A DNA stretch of 64,000 nt from Proteromonas lacertae (Eukaryota), in contig NGBS01000588.1 in NCBI GenBank assembly GCA_002245135.1, positions 186,001-250,000 on the forward strand, written 5' to 3'. The number at the start of each line of letters is the position of its first letter. The first letter of the stretch is position 1. This document shows, one piece after another, positions 12,762 through 25,527 of this stretch. The notes under the pieces were generated by a model. That model was not told the DNA's origin, did not search any database, and was given only the letters and a program-made list of their open reading frames with translations. The position numbers and the translations under genes are program-made.

Positions 12762-15150
12762 GACTTGGTTGAGGGATATGTTGTTGATTTGTCATTTTAT
12801 TCACTGAACCAATAGTCAAATTTGCACTTGTAATAGGACTTCCTTTAGGAGCTGGTGTACTTAAATGTGTTGGTTTTGGTTGAGTATTTCCTATTATATT
12901 GGAAGATATTGGTGTGGAAGTTGGAACTGGTATAGATGGTGGTGTTACTGGTACAGCTGATCCTGATGTTGATGTAATTGGTTGCTGAGGTTGTTGTTGT
13001 TGTTGCACTTGTCCATCACCTGGTTGATTAGTATTATTCTCTTGAGAATCTAAGTGCTTCTTTATTCCTCTAGCTAAAGCAACATGAGTTGAACATCTTC
13101 CTTTCAAACCTTGAGCTCTATTGAAGAGAATCACTGGATCTTTTATTTCATCTTTACCTGGTGATTGTTGTTGTTGTTGTTGATTGTTAAACGGATTAAT
13201 ACCTGATTTAGTAGGTGTAATTTTAGTTAATGATTTTGGCATAGAGTTTCTATTCATATTATTATTATTATTATTTTGATTATTAATCATATTACCATAC
13301 ATTGATTGTAATGGAGTTGCATTACTTCCATTTGGAGCAGTTGCATTGGGAGGAGCTGTTCCATTGATCATATTGAAGGGTGACATCATATTGTTGTTTA
13401 ATAATCCTTGATTCATTTGCATTAATGGTAATGCATTTACTGCAGGATTAACAGCTGGATTCATATTATTCTCTGTCTTTATCTTCTTATTGGCTGTAGC
13501 TGTTGCATTTTGTAGATTCATATTCTGTAATAATGATTGTACGTTTTGGTTATTTGGTTTAGGTAATATATTCTGATTGCCATTGTTCATTTGATAAGAT
13601 GATTGTTCAGCAATATTGGATAATGCATGTAATACATCAGTTGGATCATTGGCTTTACGTTTCTGTTGTTGTTGTGATTGAATATCATTATTTGTACTAC
13701 TGGATAATCCTAATAACATTGATACACCATCGTCAGTTGTAACTGTATTATTACTATTGTTCATAGGTTGTTGTTGTTGTTGTTGTTGTAATGGTAGTTG
13801 GTTTGTTGATGGAGTAGTAGCAGGAGTTGTTGTTGTTGTTGTTGTTGTTGTTGTTACCTCTGCTGCTGTTGCTATAACTGGAGTTGATGTAGTAGTATTA
13901 TCTGATTCAGTTTTTACTACTGTTTCAGATGATTCTACTTCTGTTGGTTGTGAATCTGATGTTGTAATTGTATTATTTGATGTTTCTTTAGTTGCTTCTT
14001 CTTTCACAGTAATATTATTATTATTATTTGTAGATTTCTTCTTTCTCTTAGAATTCTCTTCATCATCTTCTGTTTCTTCTTCCTCTCCTTCTTCTTCTTC
14101 ACTTCCTCCATCTTCTTCCTCTTCTTCTCCTTCATTCTCTTCATCATCTTCTTCTCCCATTAATAATTTTTGTATTTCATCTGGTAAAAAGTGTAGGATC
14201 GATTTATTATTATTTTCATAAACTGAGTATAATAAATCTAATATTGTAAAACCCCAATTACCTGTAGAATCTATCAAATAATCATCATTAGGCTCGTTGA
14301 AAGGCTCGATTCTTACATGATTCTCTTTTCTCAAATAGGCATTAGTATCAAACATGGTTAAGTTTGTACTTACTATTTTTCCTAGTAATATACCAATAAA
14401 TTGAGTTAATTCTACTTTTTCTAACTTTAGATATAATTCTTTTAAAGTACAGTCGTCACTTAAAAGTAACGCTGAAAATCTTAACCAAAATATAGCTATG
14501 TTTTGATGTAATACAGAATTTTTACTATTTAAATAAATAAGTGGTTTGTATATATACTTTTTGATAAATGAATTTAATGTTGTTTCAAAAAACTTTAGTA
14601 GCACTTTATCTGATAACTGATCGAAATAATCCTTCTCAAACTTCGATAGGAACTGATCTAATACGTATAAAAATTTAATTAAAAATATTTGAGTAAAATT
14701 AAGGTTGATAATCTATTTATTATATTCTGTAAAAAGGATATTGGCTTAATTTCATCTAATGCGCATATTTTCTTAAGCAGAGTATTATAGATTTCTTTTA
14801 TTTTCTCCAAATTATCTAAAAATGGTGCTACAAGTTCTCTATAGCAAAATAAGTGGGGTAAAAATATACACTCTATGGTGATAAAATGAATGAATTATAA
14901 GGGCCAAGAAGTCTACTATTTGCTCGATATTTGATGAACTAAATGCCATAATAAATAATTCTATACTTTGAATTTAATTCATTAGATACAGTTTCAAGTA
15001 TTGGAATTTCTTCAGAATTATCATTTTCCTTCATAACAACTATAAACAGATTACCCTCTTCATAAATATTATACTGATTTTACTGCTATTGCATGATACC
15101 TTCTCCCAGAAATTTGCTGTATTTTGTTGTATAGATATTAAACTATCCAT
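11862..15150 (-). CDS. Large protein: helical N-terminus, acidic stretch, Q/N/M-rich low-complexity C-terminus
   Basis: 850-aa ORF extended by short 5' exons and one 3' exon; contains polyQ tracts. Needs an AT-AC intron at 14665-14741. Start codon is tentative. Confidence 0.7.
12701..12763 (-). repeat. (CAA)n coding microsatellite, polyQ of about 21 residues
   Basis: Uninterrupted tgt/ttg run on the + strand. Confidence 0.9.
14665..14741 (-). other. U12-type AT-AC intron (77 nt)
   Basis: 5' end ATATCCTTT, 3' end TATAC. Removal joins DEIKP|VLDQF in frame, and no GT donor is available nearby. Confidence 0.75.
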
Positions 15151-16085
15151 CTATAACAATATAAGACAAATTGAAAAAAATAAAATCATTAATAAGTGTT
15201 TATAAATAAAAAAGTGAAGGAAAAAATAGATATTGGTATATAAAATCCACATACTCGATTTTGAATAAAGAAAGAAGTAACAGAATTGAAATGATGCAAA
15301 TTCTTTAATTGGATGATCTAACTTCAAAAATTAAGTCCCAGTGGCAATTGAGACTGATTATTTGAATCACAGGTCAAACATTCACTCAAACTTTTGATTT
15401 TATTGGTGCTTTTTACTATTCTGGCCAATCACATTCTTACATCTTTTCAATTAATGTCTCAATATAATTACTTTTGTTACTTTTGCTTATGAATTGTCTT
15501 TTGGTATATTGATTTTGAGTATAGAAACATCCATAATAAGATGCTGGTAGGAATTCACCCATAAAATGTTTTACTTTTTTTAGATTTATTTACTTAAGCA
15601 CAGTAATTTTTGTTGCTTATTATCTGCAAAAATTTATAACATGCAATTCAACACTGTCAGATTTTTCTCAACATATAAGAGTAAGAATTGCTATAATGTA
15701 CTCATATACTTATATTTATATATACTTCAAATATTCTTCAGCTATATACTAAGAATTAATAAGTATAATACTCACTTCACTCTTTTCTTTACTATTTATT
15801 ACAGTTAAACATAAATATAAATCAAATATATTCACATCATAAAAATTATAATTAACACATCAATAGAAGGTAGTATAGTTGTGAAATCTCTTATTTTAAC
15901 AAAGTAAACACATTTCATTATATATTTCACATTTTGCAATTTTATAGAGCATAATGAAGGAATTTATATACCAATATAATCTGTAATATAGGTAGTTTAG
16001 ATGTTTTCATCTTTTTAATTTTTGGGTTATTCAAAATTTTGATAAAAATCAGATTTCGTTATTTTTGTTTTATATTTACATAAAG

Positions 16086-18210
16086 ATGATAATAAAAGTA
16101 AATAAAAACATAAGAGAAGAGGGGTATATTTTATATTTATTTTTATGATAGATTATGTCGAAAATTGGTAGAAAGTGGTTTTGGTGATATAGAAGTGAAG
16201 ATTGGAAATAATCGAATAATGTCAATCAAGTCAATTTTAGTGAATGGAAATGAAACAGTAAAGAAACTGTTGTTAGATCGGTGAGTTTGTAGGAGTTTTA
16301 GAGTTATATGAAGAAATCGAAGAAATTGGCTATTATGAGATGGAGAAATACTACAGTGGTGGTGAACTGATAATCTGTAAAGAGAGTGTATGTGAAGTGT
16401 TGATGTTTTGTTTATGTTATTGTGAAAAAGAGATAATAAATGATTGTTATGAATTTATGAAGAATAATATAGATGATGAAGTATTAATGAAATTAATTCA
16501 TATCTGTAATGTATTTGGTGGATGTTTGAGAGAGATAGAAGACTTGAAGAATATGGAAATAGAAAAGCGAGGATATAAATATTTATATAAGAATGAATAT
16601 TTGTTGAGATTAGAAATGAATAATTTGATAGAGATATTAAATATGAAAGATGTGATAATAGTGAATGAGTTATGGTTATTAAATCGGTTATTGGAATGGT
16701 ATAAATTCCAAAAGAATAAGTATGACAATAAAGAGATAGAAGATGATTTTAAACAATTGATAGAAGAAGATATCGATGGTGAAAAAATAAAAGAGAATGA
16801 GATAGAAAAAGAGAATAAAGAAATGTTGAAAGAAATGAAAATAAAATTAAAGAAAAATGAATGTAAAAATCACATAGAAATATATTTAATAAAAGATGAT
16901 CGAATTCAAAATGTAATAATCAACAATTACAATGAAGATAATAAAGAAGAAGACTTTAATGAAGAAGAAAGAGGAATATTGGATAAAATGAAAGAAAAAG
17001 AATTGAATGATGAAATAATGATTATATTAGAAATGAATAATATAAAAATGATGGAAATATTATTGATGATAATGAAATATAAAAATATGAAAATGGAAAG
17101 TATAAATAGTAAAAATATATTTAAATAGAATATATCTCAAATATCGAAAAGAGAACTATGTTTGATAGATTATGTATGGAATATAAAGAGAATAAAAGAA
17201 ATCGAACAATGAAGTGTTTATGTTTGTTTGTTGATGATATAAAGAATATTTCAATAATAGAAGAAGTATGTGGAAAAGATATTCTTTTTAGAATATTGAA
17301 TGAAGATAATTATCTAAATTCCAAATATAAAGATATGTTAATTGAATATATAAAAGAGAATAAATTGAGTTTCGAAGAAGAAGAAGAAATGATAAAAATA
17401 ATGAAAGATAAAGAATTATTGAAAGAATTAAAAACAAAAGAAATCACATCATTTTCATATCCTCAATCAGAATATTCAATTGAATTAGATGAAGAAATGT
17501 CAATAATTCCTTTATTTGATGGAAATCGATGTGAATTTTCAATCAATCCTTCCTTACCTGATGGAATAATGATAGAAAAAGAAAATGGAATAATTCATGG
17601 AAAAACTGCTAAAAAAATCGAAAAGAGAGAATATGAAATAAGTTGTAAGAATATTCTAAGTGAAAATACATTCAAAATATCATTAGAATTTATTGATGTG
17701 AAATTCACAGAATTAAACAAAAGTGATGGAATATCAATATCAAATAATGGAAAAACAATTACAAATACAGATGAATGTTGGAATCATTGTTATTTAAATT
17801 TGAAAATGGAAAATGGAATTTATCATATCAAATATAAATATCATCAAAATGGAAGTTATTATGATGGAATGATGTTAGGATTATCAACTAATAATACATA
17901 TTCTGGAGATGGTATTCATAAACAATCAACAGCATGTAATTATTGGGCATCTTCAGGTAAAAGTAGAGATATTACAAGATATTGTAATATTGGAAGAGTT
18001 GTTAATTCAAATCCAAATATCAACAATCATGGAGATGGTTCAATTTATGAAGTGATTGTTGATATGAATAAAAGAGAATTTTGGATAAGTCATAATAATT
18101 CATCTCCTGTTTTACTTGTTAAAGATTTACCTTCTCCATTATATTCATATGCTGAATTATACATTTTAGAAGCTTCAATAGAACTATTATCAATTTCTTT
18201 TCAAGATTAA
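16086..18210 (+). CDS. BTB/BACK + He_PIG-like Ig + SPRY-like protein, copy 1 (two frame breaks)
   Basis: GFGDIEVKIG...EMEKYYSGGELII BTB-like region; SINPSLPDGIMIEKENGIIHG Ig motif; SPRY-like end. Extra base near 16279 and missing base near 17124, so either a pseudogene or assembly errors. Confidence 0.7.
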
Positions 18211-18293
18211 CTATAATTATTTTTTTTATTTGTATTGAATAAATAATAAAAACAGTAATAACAATAAATTTAGAAACGAATATAATTATTAAT

Positions 18294-18922
18294 TTAAAAG
18301 AGAAATTTAACTTGTCTAATTATATTTCTTTTTCAATTCATTAATCAACTTTTCATTTAATTTGTATTCACACTCTGAACCAACTGGACAGATTTTCGAT
18401 AAAGCTTCATCAAGACTGTTATTCTTCGTATGAACTGTAAAGTATCTGTTCTTTATTGTTTGATAGATCTATTGAAAAAATTATATGAATTAATAAATAA
18501 ATACAACTTCCAATATTATAAATATAACTAAAAACAATACACCTCTAAGCAGATCAAACTTCCAATCATCTATTTGTTATACATTCCCTAAAAATTATAC
18601 AAACTGGCTTGTTTTCAACTGTTTCCTTGTTTAGATCATCTTCTTCATAATTGCTTATTCCAAATCCTTCAGTTATATCTTCATCATTTTCTTCTCCTTT
18701 ACGATTTCTTAATTCATTTGTCTCTTCTTTGTCTTCATCTAAAAAATCACCTAAATGCGATAATATTATTTCTCTGTGAACTTCATTTTCTATTCCCATC
18801 AACAGAAGAGTATCTTTTGTTAAACATTTGACCATTGGATCACTCACGGAAAATTTTTGGAATAATTTGTAATAGTCTTCCATTCCTAATTTTTCTAACC
18901 ATTTTTTAATTACCAAACTCAT
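18294..18922 (-). CDS. SAM-domain single-pass membrane protein
   Basis: IKKWLEKLGMEDYYKLF...LLLMGIENEVHREIIL is a SAM motif. Spliced downstream hydrophobic segment GVLFLVIFIILEVIY. Confidence 0.7.
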
Positions 18923-19168
18923 TCAAAACAGCAAAAATAGAAAAATTGAATGTTTGAGGCTTGAATAATATTTTTTTATCGTTTTTCTCGCTAAAGCAAA
19001 TTTCTATATAGTTAATATTATTATAACTATGAAAATGTTATATTATACAGAAATCACCAAAAATATATATCTTTATCATAACAGAGTTGTTACAATTTAG
19101 AATATTATTGTAATATCTTATATACTTAAGTTAAATTCTTTATATTATAAAATTACAACTACAGAACA

Positions 19169-21687
19169 AGAAAATTAGAAATGAAATTTGTGACATTGAC
19201 ATCGTCAATTGAAGGTCATAAATTCAATCTCAAAAATGAAAGTATTTGATTGTAATATCAGTGAATACGGGTATAATTTGTATTGAATGTAATGAAATTA
19301 GACTTGGCAGATTATATGCCCGAAATGGTTTAAGTGATTTAAGAGTTTTAGTTGGAAATGAAGAGATAATGAGTTCAAAGGCTATTTTTATGATGAGCAA
19401 CCCGAAATTGAAAGAACTGATTGAAAGAAGTGAAAATGGTAATAGTTTAAAGTTGTGTGAAGAGTGTAAGAAAGAATCATTTTTTGAGTTAGAAAAGTAT
19501 TGCAGTGGTGGGTGTATGAATATAGAAATGAATAATGTATGTGAAATATTAAGTATGTGTATTTGCTATGAAGAATATAAAATAATTGAATATTGTTTGA
19601 GATTTATAAAAAGTCATTCAAATGAAGATATAATAAATAAATTAATGAAGATATATAATCGATATTTGAATATTAGTGAAGAAATAACAAATGAGATGAG
19701 AATAATAAGTAGTGATTATATAAAGAAAAATGGATACAAACTATTGAAAGAAGAATATTTGAATGAAATGGAAATGAAAGATTTAAAAATGATATTGAAA
19801 GATATAAAATATATAAAGAATGATGAGAATAGTTTATTGAAAATGTTGTATAAGAAATATGAAAAAGAAATGAATGTGAAAAATATGAGAAATGATGAAA
19901 GAAAAGAAATAGATAATGAATATATTGATTTAATATGTAAGTCAATCAATTTTGAAAATATAGAAATGAGATTATTAGAATATAAAGAAAAAGAATTTGT
20001 GAATAATAAAGTGAATTTATCAAGATGGTATTATGTAAATAAAGAAAAAGAATATAATAATCACATATGCATTAATTTAGAAAGAATAAAAGAAAAAGAA
20101 ATAGAAGAAATAATAATGAAATATTATATAGAAGAAGAAAGAATATTAATCGAAGAAAGTGATATAGAAATATTGAATAAGAATAAGAATAAGATAAAAG
20201 AAATAATCCAAATATTAATGACTGAAGAAGATATAAAAATGAAAGAGATTGGAATGATGATAATAATTGATGATGAAAAGATGAATAATAATGTGAATGA
20301 TATAATGAATAAAGATGAAGAATGCAATATAATAATGTTATTATTAAATGAATATAAAAATAATGAAAATGAAAGAATATATAAATGTTTTAGTTTATTT
20401 GTGAATGATGAAGACATTTTAAATACTCTGAAATATTTATGTGGAATAGAGATATTATTTCATATATTGAATTATAGTTGTTATTTATCAAATGAATCAA
20501 AAGAATTAATAATGACTTTTATAAAAGATGAAAGATTATTAGAAAGTGATTATGAAAGCATGAGAGATATAATAAAAGATAAAGAAATTTTATCAGAATT
20601 TATAACTGAAATCTCTTATTTCTATTATCCATCTTCAAAAGTGAAATTATGTGGTTGTTTTTCAATCAAACCAAATCATGATGGATTAAAATGTAAATTT
20701 TCAATCAAACCTGAATTACCAAAAGAAATAACTTTGAATGAAGAAACAGGTGAAATTATTGGTAAAATGGATAAAGAAATGGATGATATAGAATATACAA
20801 TAAAATGTGAAAATATTCTTAATAAAATGGAAAATAAACTTTCATTTATTTATGAAGAAGTTGTATTTTCAGAAGAATATAAGAATGAGAATGTTTCAAT
20901 TAGTAATAATGGAAAGACAATAACAAATAATTCTGATAAACCATTTTTATATCATTGTTTCATAAATCTGAAAATGGAAAATGGAGTTTATCATATCAAA
21001 TATAAATTTCATCAAAATGGAAATAAATATGATCATATGATGTTAGGTTTATTTACTAATAATGCATATTCTGGATATAATATTTATGATGAATCAACAA
21101 CATGTAATTATTATGCATATAAAGGTAAAAGTCAAGATATTACTGATTATTGTAATATTGGAAGAGTTGTTAATAAAAATCCAAATTTCAATAATCATGG
21201 AGATGGTTCAATTTATGAAGTGATTGTTGATATGAATAAAAGAGAATTTTGGATAAGTCATAATAATTCATCTCCTGTTTTACTTGTTGATGATTTACCT
21301 TCTCCATTATATCCATTATGTAAACCAACTCCATATGGTTGTTCAATAGAATTATTATCTGTTTCTCATTTTGAATAATTATTGATACAATTATAACCTA
21401 TAAATTCATTATTAATCTTGATTATTTCTTTTATCTACTTATTCAACTACACAATTATATTTATATTATAAAAGTATTAAATATTGAATATTGATGGTTT
21501 ATAAAAAATATGAGTGTTGTTATCGAAATATATGTAGTTGTGAAAATGAGTTTGACATAATATATAGAATACTTTAATCTTTTACTAGTGTTATATTGTT
21601 AAAACTTCATTTTATGTCATTCTCTCAATCTTCTTTTCTAAATTCGTTATTAACATAGATTGCATTTACTTATTAATAAGCTATTAT
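19169..21687 (+). repeat. ~2.5-kb direct segmental duplication, copy A
   Basis: Near-identical to 27828-30353, including flanks. Confidence 0.95.
19236..21378 (+). CDS. BTB/BACK + He_PIG-like Ig + SPRY-like protein, copy 2 (intact)
   Basis: ATG 19236, one short 5' intron, ~700 aa open. GLSDLRVLVGNEEI BTB motif, SIKPELPKEITLNEETGEIIG Ig motif, SPRY-like C-terminus. Confidence 0.8.
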
Positions 21688-22036
21688 AAAATGCTGATTA
21701 TATATGATTCATATATTCTTCATCTTAATCATTAATTTCTAAACCACTAACTTTTCATTTTATAGTTATTTTTATATTATTTTATATCCCCCCCCCCCCT
21801 CTTATTGTGAGTAACTATATTTTGATATTGAAATATAATTTCATACATTACAAATGTATGTAATTATGTAAATAATCTATTTCAATTTTAAAGTGTAACA
21901 ATATATGCCATTAGTAACATTTAAGAGCATAATACATAATGTAAACTCTTTATAGCAGAAATACAGAGATTTTAAAAATGTGGGGAAAGTTTCGGTAATT
22001 CTGCCGTTTTTTATTTCTTTTTAATTTTTTAATAGT

Positions 22037-25000
22037 ATGTCGGATGTGAGTGTTGAAACAAAACAAGAATCTGAAGAAAATGCACCTAAAGCAGATATAA
22101 AGGAAGATGAAAATAAAGAAAAGTCAGCTCAAGAATCAAAATTTAAGCCAGGCGATCCTCAATGGAGTAATGATATAAATAATGAATTCACACAAGTTAA
22201 TCATCAATTTGAAAGAGTTCTTGATGAATTGAAGGACAATGGCGTTTTAGATGATTACCGTCATGAATATGAAAAATTGCACCAAGCTCTTGTAATATCC
22301 CATCAAAGTGAAACTCGTTTAATAAATAAAACAAAAATATTTTTATCAGAAATTAATCTAAACCAAGAAAATATTCAAAGAACGAAGAACGAGGAATTGA
22401 GTATGGCAAGTAGAAGAAAGGACCTAGAAGAAGAAATATCCGAAATTTATGGTAATGTCAAAAAATTCAAAGAAGCTGAAGCAAAGAAGAAAGCTGATAT
22501 TGCAGCAATAGAAGCATCAGTAGAAGAATTACGATTCCAAATATCTGCAGGATCAGGTTGGACACCAGAGCAAGAACACGAAATGAATCAATTAAAAGAT
22601 GAAAAAGATACAGTAAGTCAAAGAGTAGAAAGTACAGAAGGAGTTTATAAGAATTTAACATTAACTTGTAGCGATATGATGAACCAAATAACCATAATGT
22701 TAAAAGAAAATAATGATTTAGAAAGCCTAATTGATTTAACAAAAATGGAAATAGAGAAATATCAAAAGGATTGTAACTTGGAGATAAAAAGAAGAAAAGA
22801 TTATGATAATGAATTAAAAGATATGAGAAATAAAATTGAAAACCAACAATGTGTATTAAGAGAAAAAGAAGTGGCGTTTGAAAATGGTGGAAATGAAATA
22901 AAAGAATTACAACGAATGATAGAAGATCAAGAAAATGAAACACAAAAATTATCATCCAGAAATGACAGTTATTTTATGAGATATAAAGATATTACTAAAA
23001 ATGTATATATATTATATTAATTATATAATAGTTTGATGATATTGTAAAAGAGAATGAACTGTTAGCATCTCAGAATAAAAGAAGAGAACAAGATAATAGT
23101 AATTATGAATTAGATATAAAAGCACAAAGAAAGGAATTAAGAAGAATGAAAAAATTAAAAGAACAAACACAAAAGAGAAAAGAACAAGCAATAGATGATA
23201 AAGTATATATAATAATTAATAATTATTTATTTAAATAGAATCGTTATCAAGCTCAATGGGATCAAATGGAACATGAAAGAGATGCAACACTCGAGATTGC
23301 TGATACAGTAAAGAAGGAGTATGATACTGTACAAAGGAAATTAGATGATGCATGTAGAGAAAGAGAAATATTGAAGAAATCAATTGGTAAATTAACAGAT
23401 ACAAGTAAAGGAACAAGTGACTTGATTATATTATTACAAAGTATATGTTATTATTATTATTATTTTATAGCAACAAAGAAGAATTTAGAGAATGAGATTA
23501 GTGTATATGTACAAATGGCTGAGAAATATCACGAAAGGATTCAACAGTTAGAAAGAGAAAGAGATCGATATGAAGAAGACTGTAAATCGGCTAATGAAAG
23601 GTTTTATAAGATATTAGAACAAGTGAAAATCGAAGATTTGCAAATAGCTCAATTACAGAAGAAGATAATAGAAGGTGAAACAAAATTGAAGCAACAGCAG
23701 AATCTATATGAAACAGTGAGAGCTGATAGAAATTTATATAGTAAAAACCTATTGGAAGCTCATGAAAAGATCATTGAAATGAAGAAGAAATTCAAATTAT
23801 TAAATCAACAGATTGAAGGTTTAAAAGATGAAATTACACGTAAAGATCATGACTTAGTTAAAGAACACTTTGACCATCATAAAGTAGAGAAAGAAAAAGA
23901 TGTTTTATCTAATGAATTGACGAAATTAAAGAAGCAAATAGAAAGTTCTGATTTGATTATTAATAACCAATCAGAAGAAACAAATAAATTACAAGCAATT
24001 ATTGCAGAAGCTGAAGCTGAACAACACAGGCAACAAAAAGTATATTATTTATTTTATTATTATTATTATTACATATAGGAATATACAGCTGTAGTAAATG
24101 AAAGAGATGTGTTAGGAAGTCAATTAATTCAAAGAAACAATGAATTAGTCGCATTATATGAAAAGATCAGAATACAAAAGAGTTCACTTCAGAAAGGAGA
24201 ACATTTATTCAGTAATATAATGAAACAGATTAGAGATTTAAAGAACGTAATTCAAGAGAAACACAGATTATTATTAATCGAAAAAGCAAAGATTCACGAT
24301 ATTGATGATTTAAGAAGAACAAAGATAGGTTTAGAAGGAGCATTAATTGAAGAAAAACGTAAAGTGTCTGCATTAACAATAGAAATTGAAAGACCATTGA
24401 ATGTTCATAGATGGAGACACTTGGAGAATAGTGATCCAGAAGCTTATAAAGTAATAACAAAGATTCAGAGATTGCAGAAAGAATTAATAGAAATATCAGG
24501 ACAAGTATCACAGACTGAATTAATGATTCAACAAAAAGAGAAATTGTATTTTATATATTATATATTTTTTGTTTATTATATTATTAAATAGATATGTTGA
24601 ATTAAAGAATATATTAGCAAGACAACCTGGTCCAGAAGTACTTGAACAAATTGAAGTGTATAAAGTGAATTTGAAAGAGAAAAAACATCAAAAGAAAGCA
24701 ATGGAAGCTGAATTACAATTATATCAAAGACAAGTTAGAGAATATAAATATGAAATTGACAGAATTGATGATAGAATGAAAGAATTGAATGTTGAATATT
24801 TCCAAAAAATGGCAAAACAGAGAAATCAGAATCAAAACCAATCATCAATGTCTCCTAATAGTAACTATAATACAACAGGAACAATGAGTAATTATGAAGA
24901 AGAAGAAGAAGAAGGAGAAGGAGGTAATAATAATAGAAATATAGATGATGATGATTATGATGATGAATATGAAGGAGGAAATAATAATAATGGTGAAGGA

Positions 25001-25352
25001 GAAGATGAAGAAAGCTATGAAAGACCAGAAACTAATAGTCCTTCTACTGAACAACAACAACAACAACAACAACAGGTTGAACAAGAAGAACAATCCACAG
25101 CAAGAACAACAAGAGCAAAAAGAAGAAGAAAAGAATGAAGAAAAACCACCTGAGTCAGAGGAGAATAATGTAATAGAAATACCTTCACAAACACAAACTC
25201 TTGAAGAAACTGAAGCTGCTGATGAACAACAACAACAAAGACCTGATGAAACAGTGTTAATGGATTTACCTCAGACAGATGAACAAGAAAATCAGAATGA
25301 GACTTTGCAAGAAACACAGCCAAATACAGAATTAGAAGAACAGAAAGAATAA
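22037..25352 (+). CDS. CFAP58: Cilia/flagella-associated protein 58 (CCDC147)-like
   Basis: KLKQQQNLYETVRADRNLYSKNLLEA, LGSQLIQRNNELVALYEKIRIQ, RPLNVHRWRHLE and YVELKNILARQPGPE. Extra base near 25091-25096 in the acidic tail. Confidence 0.9.
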
Positions 25353-25527
25353 TTTTTTAATTTATTTTTTTAATGTTAATTTGTATAATCATTCTTGACA
25401 ATAAATAAAGGATGGTAGTGCGAGAAATAATTCACAATAATAAATAATTCATAAAAATATCTAAACAAATGTTCTTTTCTTAACAAAAAGAATGAATAAG
25501 AAGTTTTTTTCTTCAATTTAATCTTCT

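Noticed and set aside
13757..14221. Antisense ORFs (also 19673-20417, 22467-22955, 24845-25323, 56497-57120 and others)
   Set aside because: Shadows of low-complexity or A-rich coding sequence on the opposite strand.
15290..15360. Possible C/D-box snoRNA (ATGATG...CTGA)
   Set aside because: Boxes are imperfect and no target could be identified; needs an Infernal or snoscan run.
19169..21687. Duplicated segment as a transposon
   Set aside because: No transposase or RT, terminal repeats or target-site duplication seen.
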